From assembly GCA_052168235.1 (NCBI GenBank), contig JBQLZK010000033.1, forward strand, positions 9,685 to 36,072: a stretch of DNA of 26,388 bases. Direction: 5' to 3'. The notes beneath the pieces are model-generated. The model made no database searches, was not told the DNA's origin, and saw only the letters and a list, made by a program, of their open reading frames with translations. The stretch comes from Thainema sp. Its GTDB lineage: Bacteria > Cyanobacteriota > Cyanobacteriia > Phormidesmidales > Phormidesmidaceae. The position numbers and the translations under genes were made by a program. Below, piece by piece: positions 1 through 7,991 of this stretch (its first letter is position 1; each line of letters starts with the position of its first letter).

Positions 1-310
1 AAGAGGCACTACTGATTGCTCAAGAAATTGGCGACCGTCATGGTGAAGGAGTCACGCTCAGCAACATTGGATTGATCTATAGAAAACTAGAGCAGTATGA
101 GCAGGCGCTGAATACTTATCAAGATGCACTACTGATTGCTCAAGAGATTAGTGACCGTCGTGGTGAAGGAGTCACTCTCAACAACATTGGAGCCGTCTAT
201 AAAAATCTAGGGCAGTATGAGCAGGCGCTGAATACCTATCAAGAGGCACTACTGATTGCTCAAGAAATTGGCGACCGTCATGGTGAAGGAGTCACTCTCA
301 ACAACATCGG
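1..310 (+). repeat. 120-bp tandem TPR-coding repeats (~2.5 units visible)
   Basis: The blocks starting at 1, 121 and 241 are nearly identical (aaga[g/t]gcactactgattgctcaaga...gaccgtc[a/g]tggtgaaggagtcac). Confidence 0.9.
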
Positions 311-2003
311 CTATCTACTTGAAGCAACAGAAGAACCTGAACTAGCCATTGTTTTTCTCAAACAGTCTGTCAACCAGTACGAGGAAATTCGCGGCGATAT
401 TCAAGGGCTTTCTGCTGAAGATCAGCAAACTTTTACTGACAGCATTTCCTCCACCTACCGCAAACTTGCTGACCTCTTACTTCAACAGAACCGCATCATC
501 GAAGCGCAGCGGGTGCTGGATTTACTGAAGGTGCAAGAACTGGATGAGTATCTAGACGATGTGCAGCGCAATGCCCAAACGGAAACCGGAGTCGAGTTTT
601 GGCAACCGGAAGAAGATGTCCTGGCGCTGTACGACGATGTGCTGCTGGCCGGAACGGAACTGGCCCGACTGCAAGAGCGCGATCGCAATAGCCTCACTCC
701 AGATGAGCAAGCCCGCTTAGCTGAACTCACCGCCCAGCAAGACCGAGTCTACACCAGCTTCATCGACTGGCTCGATCACCCAGATATTATCACCGCCATT
801 GACCAGCTCCGCGAGGCCACCCGCAGCCGCACGGTAGATATCGAAAACTTTACCGACCTGCAAGCCCAACTTGCCCAACTGCCCCAGCGCAGCGTCATTC
901 TCTATCCCCTGGTGTTAGAAAATCGGTTGGAACTGGTGTTGGTTTCTGCCGATGCGCCACCCGTGCGGTATCCAGTGGATGTGGATGCCGTAGAACTGAA
1001 TCGCACTGTAGTTACCTTTGGCCAAGCTCTCAAAGACCGCAATATCGATCCGCGTCCCCTCGCAAAACAGATCTATGACTGGACAATTGCCAATCTAGAA
1101 ACCGACTTAGCAGCAGTGGGCGCAGAAAATATTATCTTCGCTCCCGATGGTGTATTGCGCTATGTGCCCTTGGCCGCACTCTACGATGGTGAGCAGTGGC
1201 TAGCCGAACGGTTCAGCTTCAGTCAAATTACCGCCGCTTCAGAAACCGATTTTGCTGCCCGACCGCGCGATCGCAGAACACTGCTGGCAGCGGCCTGTGC
1301 TGACTGTGCTTTTACCGTAAACATTGGCGACGATGCCTTTAGTTTTGGCAATCTGCCCGCGACACTTCAAGAAGTGGAACTACTAGCTAGTCAAATTCCA
1401 GGGGCCGAGCTGTTGATTAATGGTGAGTTCACCCCAGCGCGATTCAAAGACTTACTGGGCAGTGCAAACTTAATTCATCTGGCCACCCACGGCAAGTTCG
1501 TCTCCGGTAATCCTGATGAGTCGTTCATCTTATTTGGTGATGAACAGTCGGTTAACCTGCGGGAAATGCGGCGGGAATGGTCACAGCTCGATGCCGATTT
1601 GGTCGTCTTGAGCGCCTGCGAAACCGCATTAGGCAGTCCTGAACTGGGCAATGGCATCGAAGTGTTGGGGCTAGGTTTTCAGCTCCAGCGCGTAGGGGCC
1701 AAAGCCGTGATGGCTTCCCTTTGGCAGGTCAGCGACAACGGCACCCAAGCATTGATGGCCGAGTTTTATGATGGGCTAAATCAAGGCATGACCAAAGCCG
1801 AAGCCCTGCAAGCTGCTCAGATGGCAATGATTACTAATCAGCCCAGTGAGAACGCTGGACAAGCAGATCTCTCTGCGATCGCAGATACTGGCTCAGAGGC
1901 TGATGGAACGGTGCGAGCCGTCTCCCTGGCAGCTCAGGAAATGCCGGGATACAGCCATCCTTACTACTGGGCACCGTTTATCCTAATTGGCAACGGTCTG
2001 TAG
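3..2003 (+). CDS. TPR-CHAT domain protease (CHAT-1), 5'-truncated by the window edge
   Basis: The frame is open from position 3 (EALLIAQEIGDRHGEGVTLSNIG...), so the ORF-track start at 72 is not real. Contains 40-aa TPR repeats, CHAT motifs HLATHG and VVLSACETA (His/Cys dyad intact) and the C-terminus HPYYWAPFILIGNGL. Confidence 0.93.
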   Translation, partial: EALLIAQEIGDRHGEGVTLSNIGLIYRKLEQYEQALNTYQDALLIAQEISDRRGEGVTLNNIGAVYKNLGQYEQALNTYQEALLIAQEIGDRHGEGVTLNNIGYLLEATEEPELAIVFLKQSVNQYEEIRGDIQGLSAEDQQTFTDSISSTYRKLADLLLQQNRIIEAQRVLDLLKVQELDEYLDDVQRNAQTETGVEFWQPEEDVLALYDDVLLAGTELARLQERDRNSLTPDEQARLAELTAQQDRVYTSFIDWLDHPDIITAIDQLREATRSRTVDIENFTDLQAQLAQLPQRSVILYPLVLENRLELVLVSADAPPVRYPVDVDAVELNRTVVTFGQALKDRNIDPRPLAKQIYDWTIANLETDLAAVGAENIIFAPDGVLRYVPLAALYDGEQWLAERFSFSQITAASETDFAARPRDRRTLLAAACADCAFTVNIGDDAFSFGNLPATLQEVELLASQIPGAELLINGEFTPARFKDLLGSANLIHLATHGKFVSGNPDESFILFGDEQSVNLREMRREWSQLDADLVVLSACETALGSPELGNGIEVLGLGFQLQRVGAKAVMASLWQVSDNGTQALMAEFYDGLNQGMTKAEALQAAQMAMITNQPSENAGQADLSAIADTGSEADGTVRAVSLAAQEMPGYSHPYYWAPFILIGNGL

Positions 2004-2012
2004 TTCACGCGC

Positions 2013-2660
2013 TTAGTCTAAACCCTGAAGATATTGCTCGAACGCTCTCAGCGCCACGCTGGAGCCTTCTGACCACGCTCGTTCCACATAATCTGGAATC
2101 ATTTGCCTTACCGGGATACCCGGAAATAGCGGACTCTCCTCTCGTTCACCGTACCGCTCTCCATCCAGCACATAAATATGTAGCGTCCGTTCTCGATAAA
2201 CCCAAACCTCCGGCACACCAATATCTTCATAATCTTCAATCTGCGTCAGCGACGTTAAATCAATCTCCAGCGCTAAATCTGGCGGTGGATCGTATTCCAG
2301 ATTCACTCGGTCTTTGCCCAAAACCGCTTGCCGATTTTGAATATAGAAGCACTGATCCGGTTCAATGCCCTTCTGCTGAAACCGCTTCAGCGTAATCGGG
2401 TCAAATCCCTCCCAATCTTGACCTTGATGCCGCAACAGGCACTTCACTAAATCAGCCAGCGTATCCGATCGCTTGCCGTGTCCAGGCAGAGGAGCCATGA
2501 TGCGAATTTCCTCAGTCGTTGCATTAAACGTCACTTTGAGCGCAGCCTTATCCTGACGCAGTTGAAGCAGCGCTTCGTAATCTGCCCAGGTTTGATGGCG
2601 TAGGATCACCTCTCCGCCCGGCGGCAAGTCGATTTCAGTGGGCGTAATCGTTGGCAGCAT
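2013..2660 (-). CDS. Uma2 family (DUF820) endonuclease-fold protein
   Basis: Family motifs TWADYE, IMAPLPGH, EPDQCFYIQN, DPPPDLALEID and GVPEVW; 215 aa; converges on CHAT-1. Confidence 0.9.
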   Translation of the reverse strand: MLPTITPTEIDLPPGGEVILRHQTWADYEALLQLRQDKAALKVTFNATTEEIRIMAPLPGHGKRSDTLADLVKCLLRHQGQDWEGFDPITLKRFQQKGIEPDQCFYIQNRQAVLGKDRVNLEYDPPPDLALEIDLTSLTQIEDYEDIGVPEVWVYRERTLHIYVLDGERYGEREESPLFPGIPVRQMIPDYVERAWSEGSSVALRAFEQYLQGLD

Positions 2661-2727
2661 GGCAACTCATTAAATTTCTGCAAACTTTGGCGTGAATAAG
2701 TTCAGTTTCATCAGACATAGAGAGACA

Positions 2728-2755
2728 GTAGAAACGGTTTACCGTAATTCTACGG
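2728..2755. promoter_or_regulatory. Imperfect palindrome in the divergent Uma2/caspase intergenic region (possible operator)
   Basis: GTAGAA-ACGG-TTTA-CCGT-AA-TTCTAC, overlapping CCGTA-ATTC-TACGG. No function can be assigned from sequence alone. Confidence 0.3.
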
Positions 2756-2782
2756 AATGTTGAACTCCTACTGAATAACACC

Positions 2783-5050
2783 ATGAAGCGTCGCCACTTT
2801 TTGCAATTTGCTGGCTCAACTCTAGCAACAATCGGCCTCAGCCAACTCGACTTTCTGCGACAGGCCAATCAGTATGGCCGCGTCCTTGCCCAGGGTGTAC
2901 CCAACCGAAAACTGGCTCTGCTCGTTGGCATCAACTCCTATGAAGCAGCCGGGACTAGCTCTCTGGGTGGCTGCCTCAATGATGTCGAACTCCAGAGACA
3001 GCTATTGATTCATCGGTTTGGCTTCAATCCTAGCGACATTCTAGAAGTCTCCGACAACAGCAATATCAAACCCACTCGCGACAATATCTTACAGGCATTT
3101 AATGAGCATCTGATTCAGCAAGCCAATCCTGGCGATGTGGTCGTCTTTCACTATTCCGGGCATGGCGATTTAGTGGAAGACGTGAGGGCAATTGACACAG
3201 CAGAATGTCGCCGGACGAAGGATTGTAATCTGAATGGAACGATCGTACCGAATGACTCTATCGCCAGCGACTCTGGTGATGGAATTGTTGTGCCGGATAT
3301 CACAGGTCGCACGTTGTTCCTGCTCATGAGTCAGCTTGAAACAGATAACGTCACCGCTATTCTGGATAGCTGCCACTCTGGAGCAGGCACTCGCGGCAGT
3401 GCGGTTGTGAGAGCAGCGTCTCGGCTTCGCGGTGCAGCAGATGTGCTTTTACCAAGTGAGGCGGAAAAAGAGTATCAAGAACAGTTGATAAACGACTTGA
3501 GGTGGAGCGAAGACGAACTCAATCGTCTCCGCTCCGCAGGTGTCGCCAAAGGAGTTGCAATTGGCTCTGCTCTACGGGATCAGCTTGCAGTCGATGCCCA
3601 ATTTTCTGGATTTAAGGCTGGTGGTTTTACCTATCTGCTCACTCGCTATCTCTGGCAGCAGCCTGTAACGGAGACCAATGCCACCGTTTACAACGACATG
3701 AAACTCAGTACCCGTAGTTTATCCCAGTCCCAACGGGATGCTGATCAAGTACCCATTTTTGAGTATGCGCCCAATAGTAACCATGCTCAACAACCCATGT
3801 ATTTCACACCACTAGTCGGTACTGCAGCGGAAGCGGTGATCACCTCAGCTACCAATGCAGAGCAGATTCAGTTTTGGCTAGGTGGTGTATCCTCGCAAAA
3901 CCTCAATGGTAATGGCATTAGCACGGTTTTCACGGGAATTGGCGACCAAGCTGAGATCCAAATAGAACAAACTGGTCGTCGAGGGCTATATGGCGAAGGC
4001 AGACTGATTGCTGGCTCAATTGATGCTGTCCAGCCTGGAATGCTGCTGCGGGAGCAAGTGATTGGCATTTCACCCAATCCGGTTCTAACAATTGGGCTTG
4101 ATGGCTCTTTGGGGGATGCTGTGCAGCAGGCTGAAAGCGATTTGCAGTCGGTTGGTCGGATTCAAATTGTACCGATAGAGCAATTAACGGATACTGGATA
4201 TATATTTGGTCGCATGACAGAAAGCTATCATCAAGCCTTCAGTGCGGCTGGCGAAACCGATTTGCCGTTCATTAATACTGTCGGTATCTTCACCGCTGAT
4301 CAGCGACCCCTATCAGATACGTTTGGTCGAATTGATGAACCCGTTACAGCTGCAATCAACCGATTAAGGCCAAACTTCAAGTCTCTCCTAGCGAAACAAA
4401 TGTTGGGACAAATCACGACGGGAGAATCCTCGCAGCTTCAGGTTCGCGCTAAGGTATTTAACGCTGATAATCCAAGTCAAGGGGTTGAAGTCGCAACCCG
4501 AAGTGCTCGCAGTGCTGGATCCGCGCATTCAGTAGAAATCCCTCAGTTTGCCTCAGGTACCACACTCAAAGTTGAGGTGGAAAACTTTGAAGATAATGCA
4601 CTGTTTTTGAGTGTGTTGGTGATTGGGGCTGATGGCAGTCTGAATGTGCTCTATCCAGGTGATTGGTCTGCTCCAGAAGAAGCGGCCAGAATTGATGCTC
4701 AGGGTAAAGTCACTGTTCCTCGTCCTCAAGATACAACCCTTTTTCAAGTCCAAGGTTCGGGGGGATTTCCTGAAATCTTGTTGCTGGTGAGCACACAACC
4801 GCTCCGCAATGCGCTGAGGGGAATGCAAACAATTGCCAGAGGACGTGGACAGGAACGGGGCGCAATGGATTTACGAGGCGATGAGCCAGTGACGGTTTTG
4901 GATTTTCTCCTGGGTGATGTGGACGAAACGACTCGTACAACTGCTACTGGCACCATTGCTGCACTCAGTATGGCTGATCAATCAGTTGTCAGTTTTTACG
5001 ATACCAATACACTGGCGACGCTTTCGGCGGTGATTCAGGTGGGGGGATAA
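2783..5050 (+). CDS. Orthocaspase (peptidase C14) with Tat-like signal and C-terminal DUF4384-like domain
   Basis: Twin-arginine start MKRRHFLQF; KLALLVGINSY; GCLNDV; catalytic dyad in FHYSGHG and ILDSCHSG; C-terminal VENFEDNALFLSVLVIGADGSLNVLYP resembles DUF4384. Confidence 0.9.
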   Translation: MKRRHFLQFAGSTLATIGLSQLDFLRQANQYGRVLAQGVPNRKLALLVGINSYEAAGTSSLGGCLNDVELQRQLLIHRFGFNPSDILEVSDNSNIKPTRDNILQAFNEHLIQQANPGDVVVFHYSGHGDLVEDVRAIDTAECRRTKDCNLNGTIVPNDSIASDSGDGIVVPDITGRTLFLLMSQLETDNVTAILDSCHSGAGTRGSAVVRAASRLRGAADVLLPSEAEKEYQEQLINDLRWSEDELNRLRSAGVAKGVAIGSALRDQLAVDAQFSGFKAGGFTYLLTRYLWQQPVTETNATVYNDMKLSTRSLSQSQRDADQVPIFEYAPNSNHAQQPMYFTPLVGTAAEAVITSATNAEQIQFWLGGVSSQNLNGNGISTVFTGIGDQAEIQIEQTGRRGLYGEGRLIAGSIDAVQPGMLLREQVIGISPNPVLTIGLDGSLGDAVQQAESDLQSVGRIQIVPIEQLTDTGYIFGRMTESYHQAFSAAGETDLPFINTVGIFTADQRPLSDTFGRIDEPVTAAINRLRPNFKSLLAKQMLGQITTGESSQLQVRAKVFNADNPSQGVEVATRSARSAGSAHSVEIPQFASGTTLKVEVENFEDNALFLSVLVIGADGSLNVLYPGDWSAPEEAARIDAQGKVTVPRPQDTTLFQVQGSGGFPEILLLVSTQPLRNALRGMQTIARGRGQERGAMDLRGDEPVTVLDFLLGDVDETTRTTATGTIAALSMADQSVVSFYDTNTLATLSAVIQVGG

Positions 5051-5060
5051 GGCGAATTGA

Positions 5061-5156
5061 ACAGCCAAGATGGTTGTCCTACGAAAATAATTGCGATCGC
5101 ACTTTTTCTTCCAGCAAATAGCCAAGATGGCCGTTTTAGGAAATTCTGCGATCTCA
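5061..5156 (-). repeat. Two degenerate REP-like / short dispersed repeats
   Basis: AGCCAAGATGG at 5063 and 5120, each followed by ...GAAA...TGCGATC. The reverse complement of copy 1 reads GTAG-G-ACAACC-ATCTT-GGCTGT (GTAG plus hairpin). Confidence 0.5.
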
Positions 5157-5276
5157 ACTTTATCTACGCTCCCGAAATATCTGGTTTTTCTAAAGCCATT
5201 AGTGGCTGAATAACTCTCCTGTGGTCAGCCATATACACTGCTGAACAGAAATCTGCCATTGAACGAGGTTTAACTC

Positions 5277-7952
5277 ATGCGCGATCGCAACATTCAACGT
5301 CGCAACTATCAAAATAACGCTTCTATGAAGAACTTCCGCAAAACAGCTTCATTACCGATGCGGGTGCTGATGAGCAGTGCGATCGCGCTGAGTCTTTCGT
5401 CTATACCAATCGATATCCCGCTTTGTGCACCGCAACATAATGCCGCAGCACAGGAAGCTACCATCGTAAATAATCAAGCCGTAGCTGATCACTTACAGCA
5501 CATAGGTCTACGGCAGCTCGAACAGAGCCAATTTCAAACAGCAATACAAATTTTTCAACAAGCACTAGAAATATACGAGCAGACAGAAGACTTGAATGGA
5601 GCAAGTATAGCGCTCAATAACATAGGAGAAGCACATCGCAGAATGGGAAACTACTATCAAGCTTTAGAATTTTACCAACAAGCCTTAGCTATTGAGTTAA
5701 ATGCAGACGGATACGATATCGACAATATATCGACAAGCAACGTTGGCGTAATTTTCAACAATATTGGACTAACTCATTATGAATTCGGCCAATACTCTCA
5801 AGCATTAGTTACTTATGAAAGAGCTTTAGAAGTTGCTCGGAAATTTGAGAATCGAATTGGGGAGGGAATAACCCTTAATAATATTGGGAAAATTTATAAC
5901 AGATGGGGAAAATACTCGCAGGCTTTGACCGCTTATGAAGAAGCTTTAGTAATTGCTCGGGAAGTCGGAAACCGAATTGGAGAGGGAGTAACCCTTAATA
6001 ATATTGGAAAAGTATATGATAACTTAGGAATGCATCATAAATCATTAGATTTCTACCAAAGATCCTTAGCCATTACGCAAGAAACGAATAATATTTCTGG
6101 AGAAAGTACAACTTTCAACAATATTGGTATGGCGTATCAAAACTTAGATCAACACGATCTTGCCTTAAACGCGTATCAGCGATCTCTCAATATTGCTAGG
6201 AATATAGGTGATTCTGTTAGAGAAAGTATAACTCTTAATAATATTGGAGCTTTATATAGCAGTATAGGTGAATATTCCAAAGCTTTAGATATATATCACA
6301 AGATTATTAATGCTAGTCAGCTAGCTAATAATAAACTTGCAGAAGCGGTGGCATCAAATAATGCGGGTTTAGCGTATCAACGTTTAGGAAAACATTCGCT
6401 CGCTCTAAGATTTTATCGAAATTCTTTAAGTATACGAAGAGAAATTGGAGATCGGGGAGGAGAGGCAGTTAGCCTCAACAACTTAGGATTAGTTTTATTA
6501 GAACTTGAACGACTTGCTGAAGCTGAAAACAGGTTAAGTAAGGCTATAAAAATTAATGAATCTCTGCGCACCTCTGATCTTGAAGATGCAGAGTATATTT
6601 TCCTGTTTGATATGCAGGCTAATGCATATTTAACTTTACAAAGAATTGTTATTGCTCAAGATAAGTTTTTATCTGGGCTAGAAATATCGGAAAGAGGGCG
6701 TACTCAAGCTTTTGCTCGGCAAGTTGCTTCTCACCTATTGGATCAGTCAAATCTACCAGCTACTGTTTTTTGGACTTCTGCTGATTCTCTCAATATTTTT
6801 GCTCTTCAGCGTATCGCTCGTCGGCAAAACGCTACCTTGGTTCAGTATTCTATTGCAAAATTAAAAGGATTTGATCCGGTTCTTTATATTTGGACTATTA
6901 AACCTAATGGAGAGATTAACTTTCATGAACAAAATCTTGCTGATTATGACACTGATTTAGCGGAACTTGTTGATCTTAGCCGAGGGGCAATTGGTGCCAG
7001 AGGTCGTAGTTTTGATGGCACAGTTACAGCCACGCTTACTCCAGACGTTCTAGCTGAACAGCAAGCTCAGCAGCGCCAAACGCTGCAAGAGCTATACAAG
7101 CTGCTCATCGAACCCATTGCCGCAGAACTCCCCACTGATCCCAATGAACACGTCATCTTCATCCCTCACCAAGAACTGTTCCTTGTGCCATTTGCAGCAC
7201 TGATGAACGCAGAAGGTGAATATCTGATTGAAAACCACACCATCCGCACCGCGCCGTCGATTCAGGTGTTGGGCTTGACCCATGAACTCGATCAGCAAGC
7301 TGATGACAATGCATCAATGGAAGCTTTGATTGTGGGTAATCCCATCATGCCAGAGGTCTGGAATCCAGCAAGCGGAAGCAAAGAACAGCTTTCTAGCCTC
7401 ACGGGTGCCGAAGACGAAGCGGTAGCCATTGCCGAACTGTTTGATACTCAGCCACTGCTTTGGGATAAGGCATCTGAAGCAACCGTACGGCAGCAGATGC
7501 CTCAGGCGCAGATTATCCATCTAGCAACACACGGCCTGCTGGAATATGGCGATCCACAGGAATCCGGCGTACGAGACTTTCCGGGTGCGATCGCACTAGC
7601 TCCTTCTGGCACGGATGATGGACTACTCACCTCAGCCGAAATTCAGCAGATGGATTTGAATGCTGACCTGGTTGTGCTGAGCGCCTGCGATACAGGGCGA
7701 GGTCGGATTTCGGGTGATGGGGTGATTGGTCTGTCGCGATCGCTAATTACGGCGGGTGTACCCAGTGTGGTTGTGTCGCTCTGGCAAGTCCCTGATCAAC
7801 CAACGGCATTTTTAATGAAAGAGTTTTACCAGAATCTGCAACATACGCCTGACAAAGCTCAAGCACTACGGCAGGCAATGCTGACAACGATGGAAACGCA
7901 TCCTGAACCGATCAACTGGGCAGCTTTTACGCTGATTGGCGAAGCAGAATAG
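5277..7952 (+). CDS. Signal peptide-TPR-CHAT protease (CHAT-2)
   Basis: Hydrophobic leader ending AAA-QE (alternative start ATG 5325); ~9 TPRs; motifs HLATHG, VVLSACDTGRG and WAAFTLIGEAE. Confidence 0.93.
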   Translation: MRDRNIQRRNYQNNASMKNFRKTASLPMRVLMSSAIALSLSSIPIDIPLCAPQHNAAAQEATIVNNQAVADHLQHIGLRQLEQSQFQTAIQIFQQALEIYEQTEDLNGASIALNNIGEAHRRMGNYYQALEFYQQALAIELNADGYDIDNISTSNVGVIFNNIGLTHYEFGQYSQALVTYERALEVARKFENRIGEGITLNNIGKIYNRWGKYSQALTAYEEALVIAREVGNRIGEGVTLNNIGKVYDNLGMHHKSLDFYQRSLAITQETNNISGESTTFNNIGMAYQNLDQHDLALNAYQRSLNIARNIGDSVRESITLNNIGALYSSIGEYSKALDIYHKIINASQLANNKLAEAVASNNAGLAYQRLGKHSLALRFYRNSLSIRREIGDRGGEAVSLNNLGLVLLELERLAEAENRLSKAIKINESLRTSDLEDAEYIFLFDMQANAYLTLQRIVIAQDKFLSGLEISERGRTQAFARQVASHLLDQSNLPATVFWTSADSLNIFALQRIARRQNATLVQYSIAKLKGFDPVLYIWTIKPNGEINFHEQNLADYDTDLAELVDLSRGAIGARGRSFDGTVTATLTPDVLAEQQAQQRQTLQELYKLLIEPIAAELPTDPNEHVIFIPHQELFLVPFAALMNAEGEYLIENHTIRTAPSIQVLGLTHELDQQADDNASMEALIVGNPIMPEVWNPASGSKEQLSSLTGAEDEAVAIAELFDTQPLLWDKASEATVRQQMPQAQIIHLATHGLLEYGDPQESGVRDFPGAIALAPSGTDDGLLTSAEIQQMDLNADLVVLSACDTGRGRISGDGVIGLSRSLITAGVPSVVVSLWQVPDQPTAFLMKEFYQNLQHTPDKAQALRQAMLTTMETHPEPINWAAFTLIGEAE

Positions 7953-7991
7953 TACTCGATGCGGCGGGCTTTTAATGCTGGAGCAAAACCT

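Noticed and set aside
72..74. ORF-track start of CHAT-1 at 72 (and the track starts at 13716 and 26375)
   Set aside because: The CHAT-1 and HEAT frames continue to the window edges, and the 13716 start overlaps CHAT-4 while the MNT domain begins at ATG 13743.
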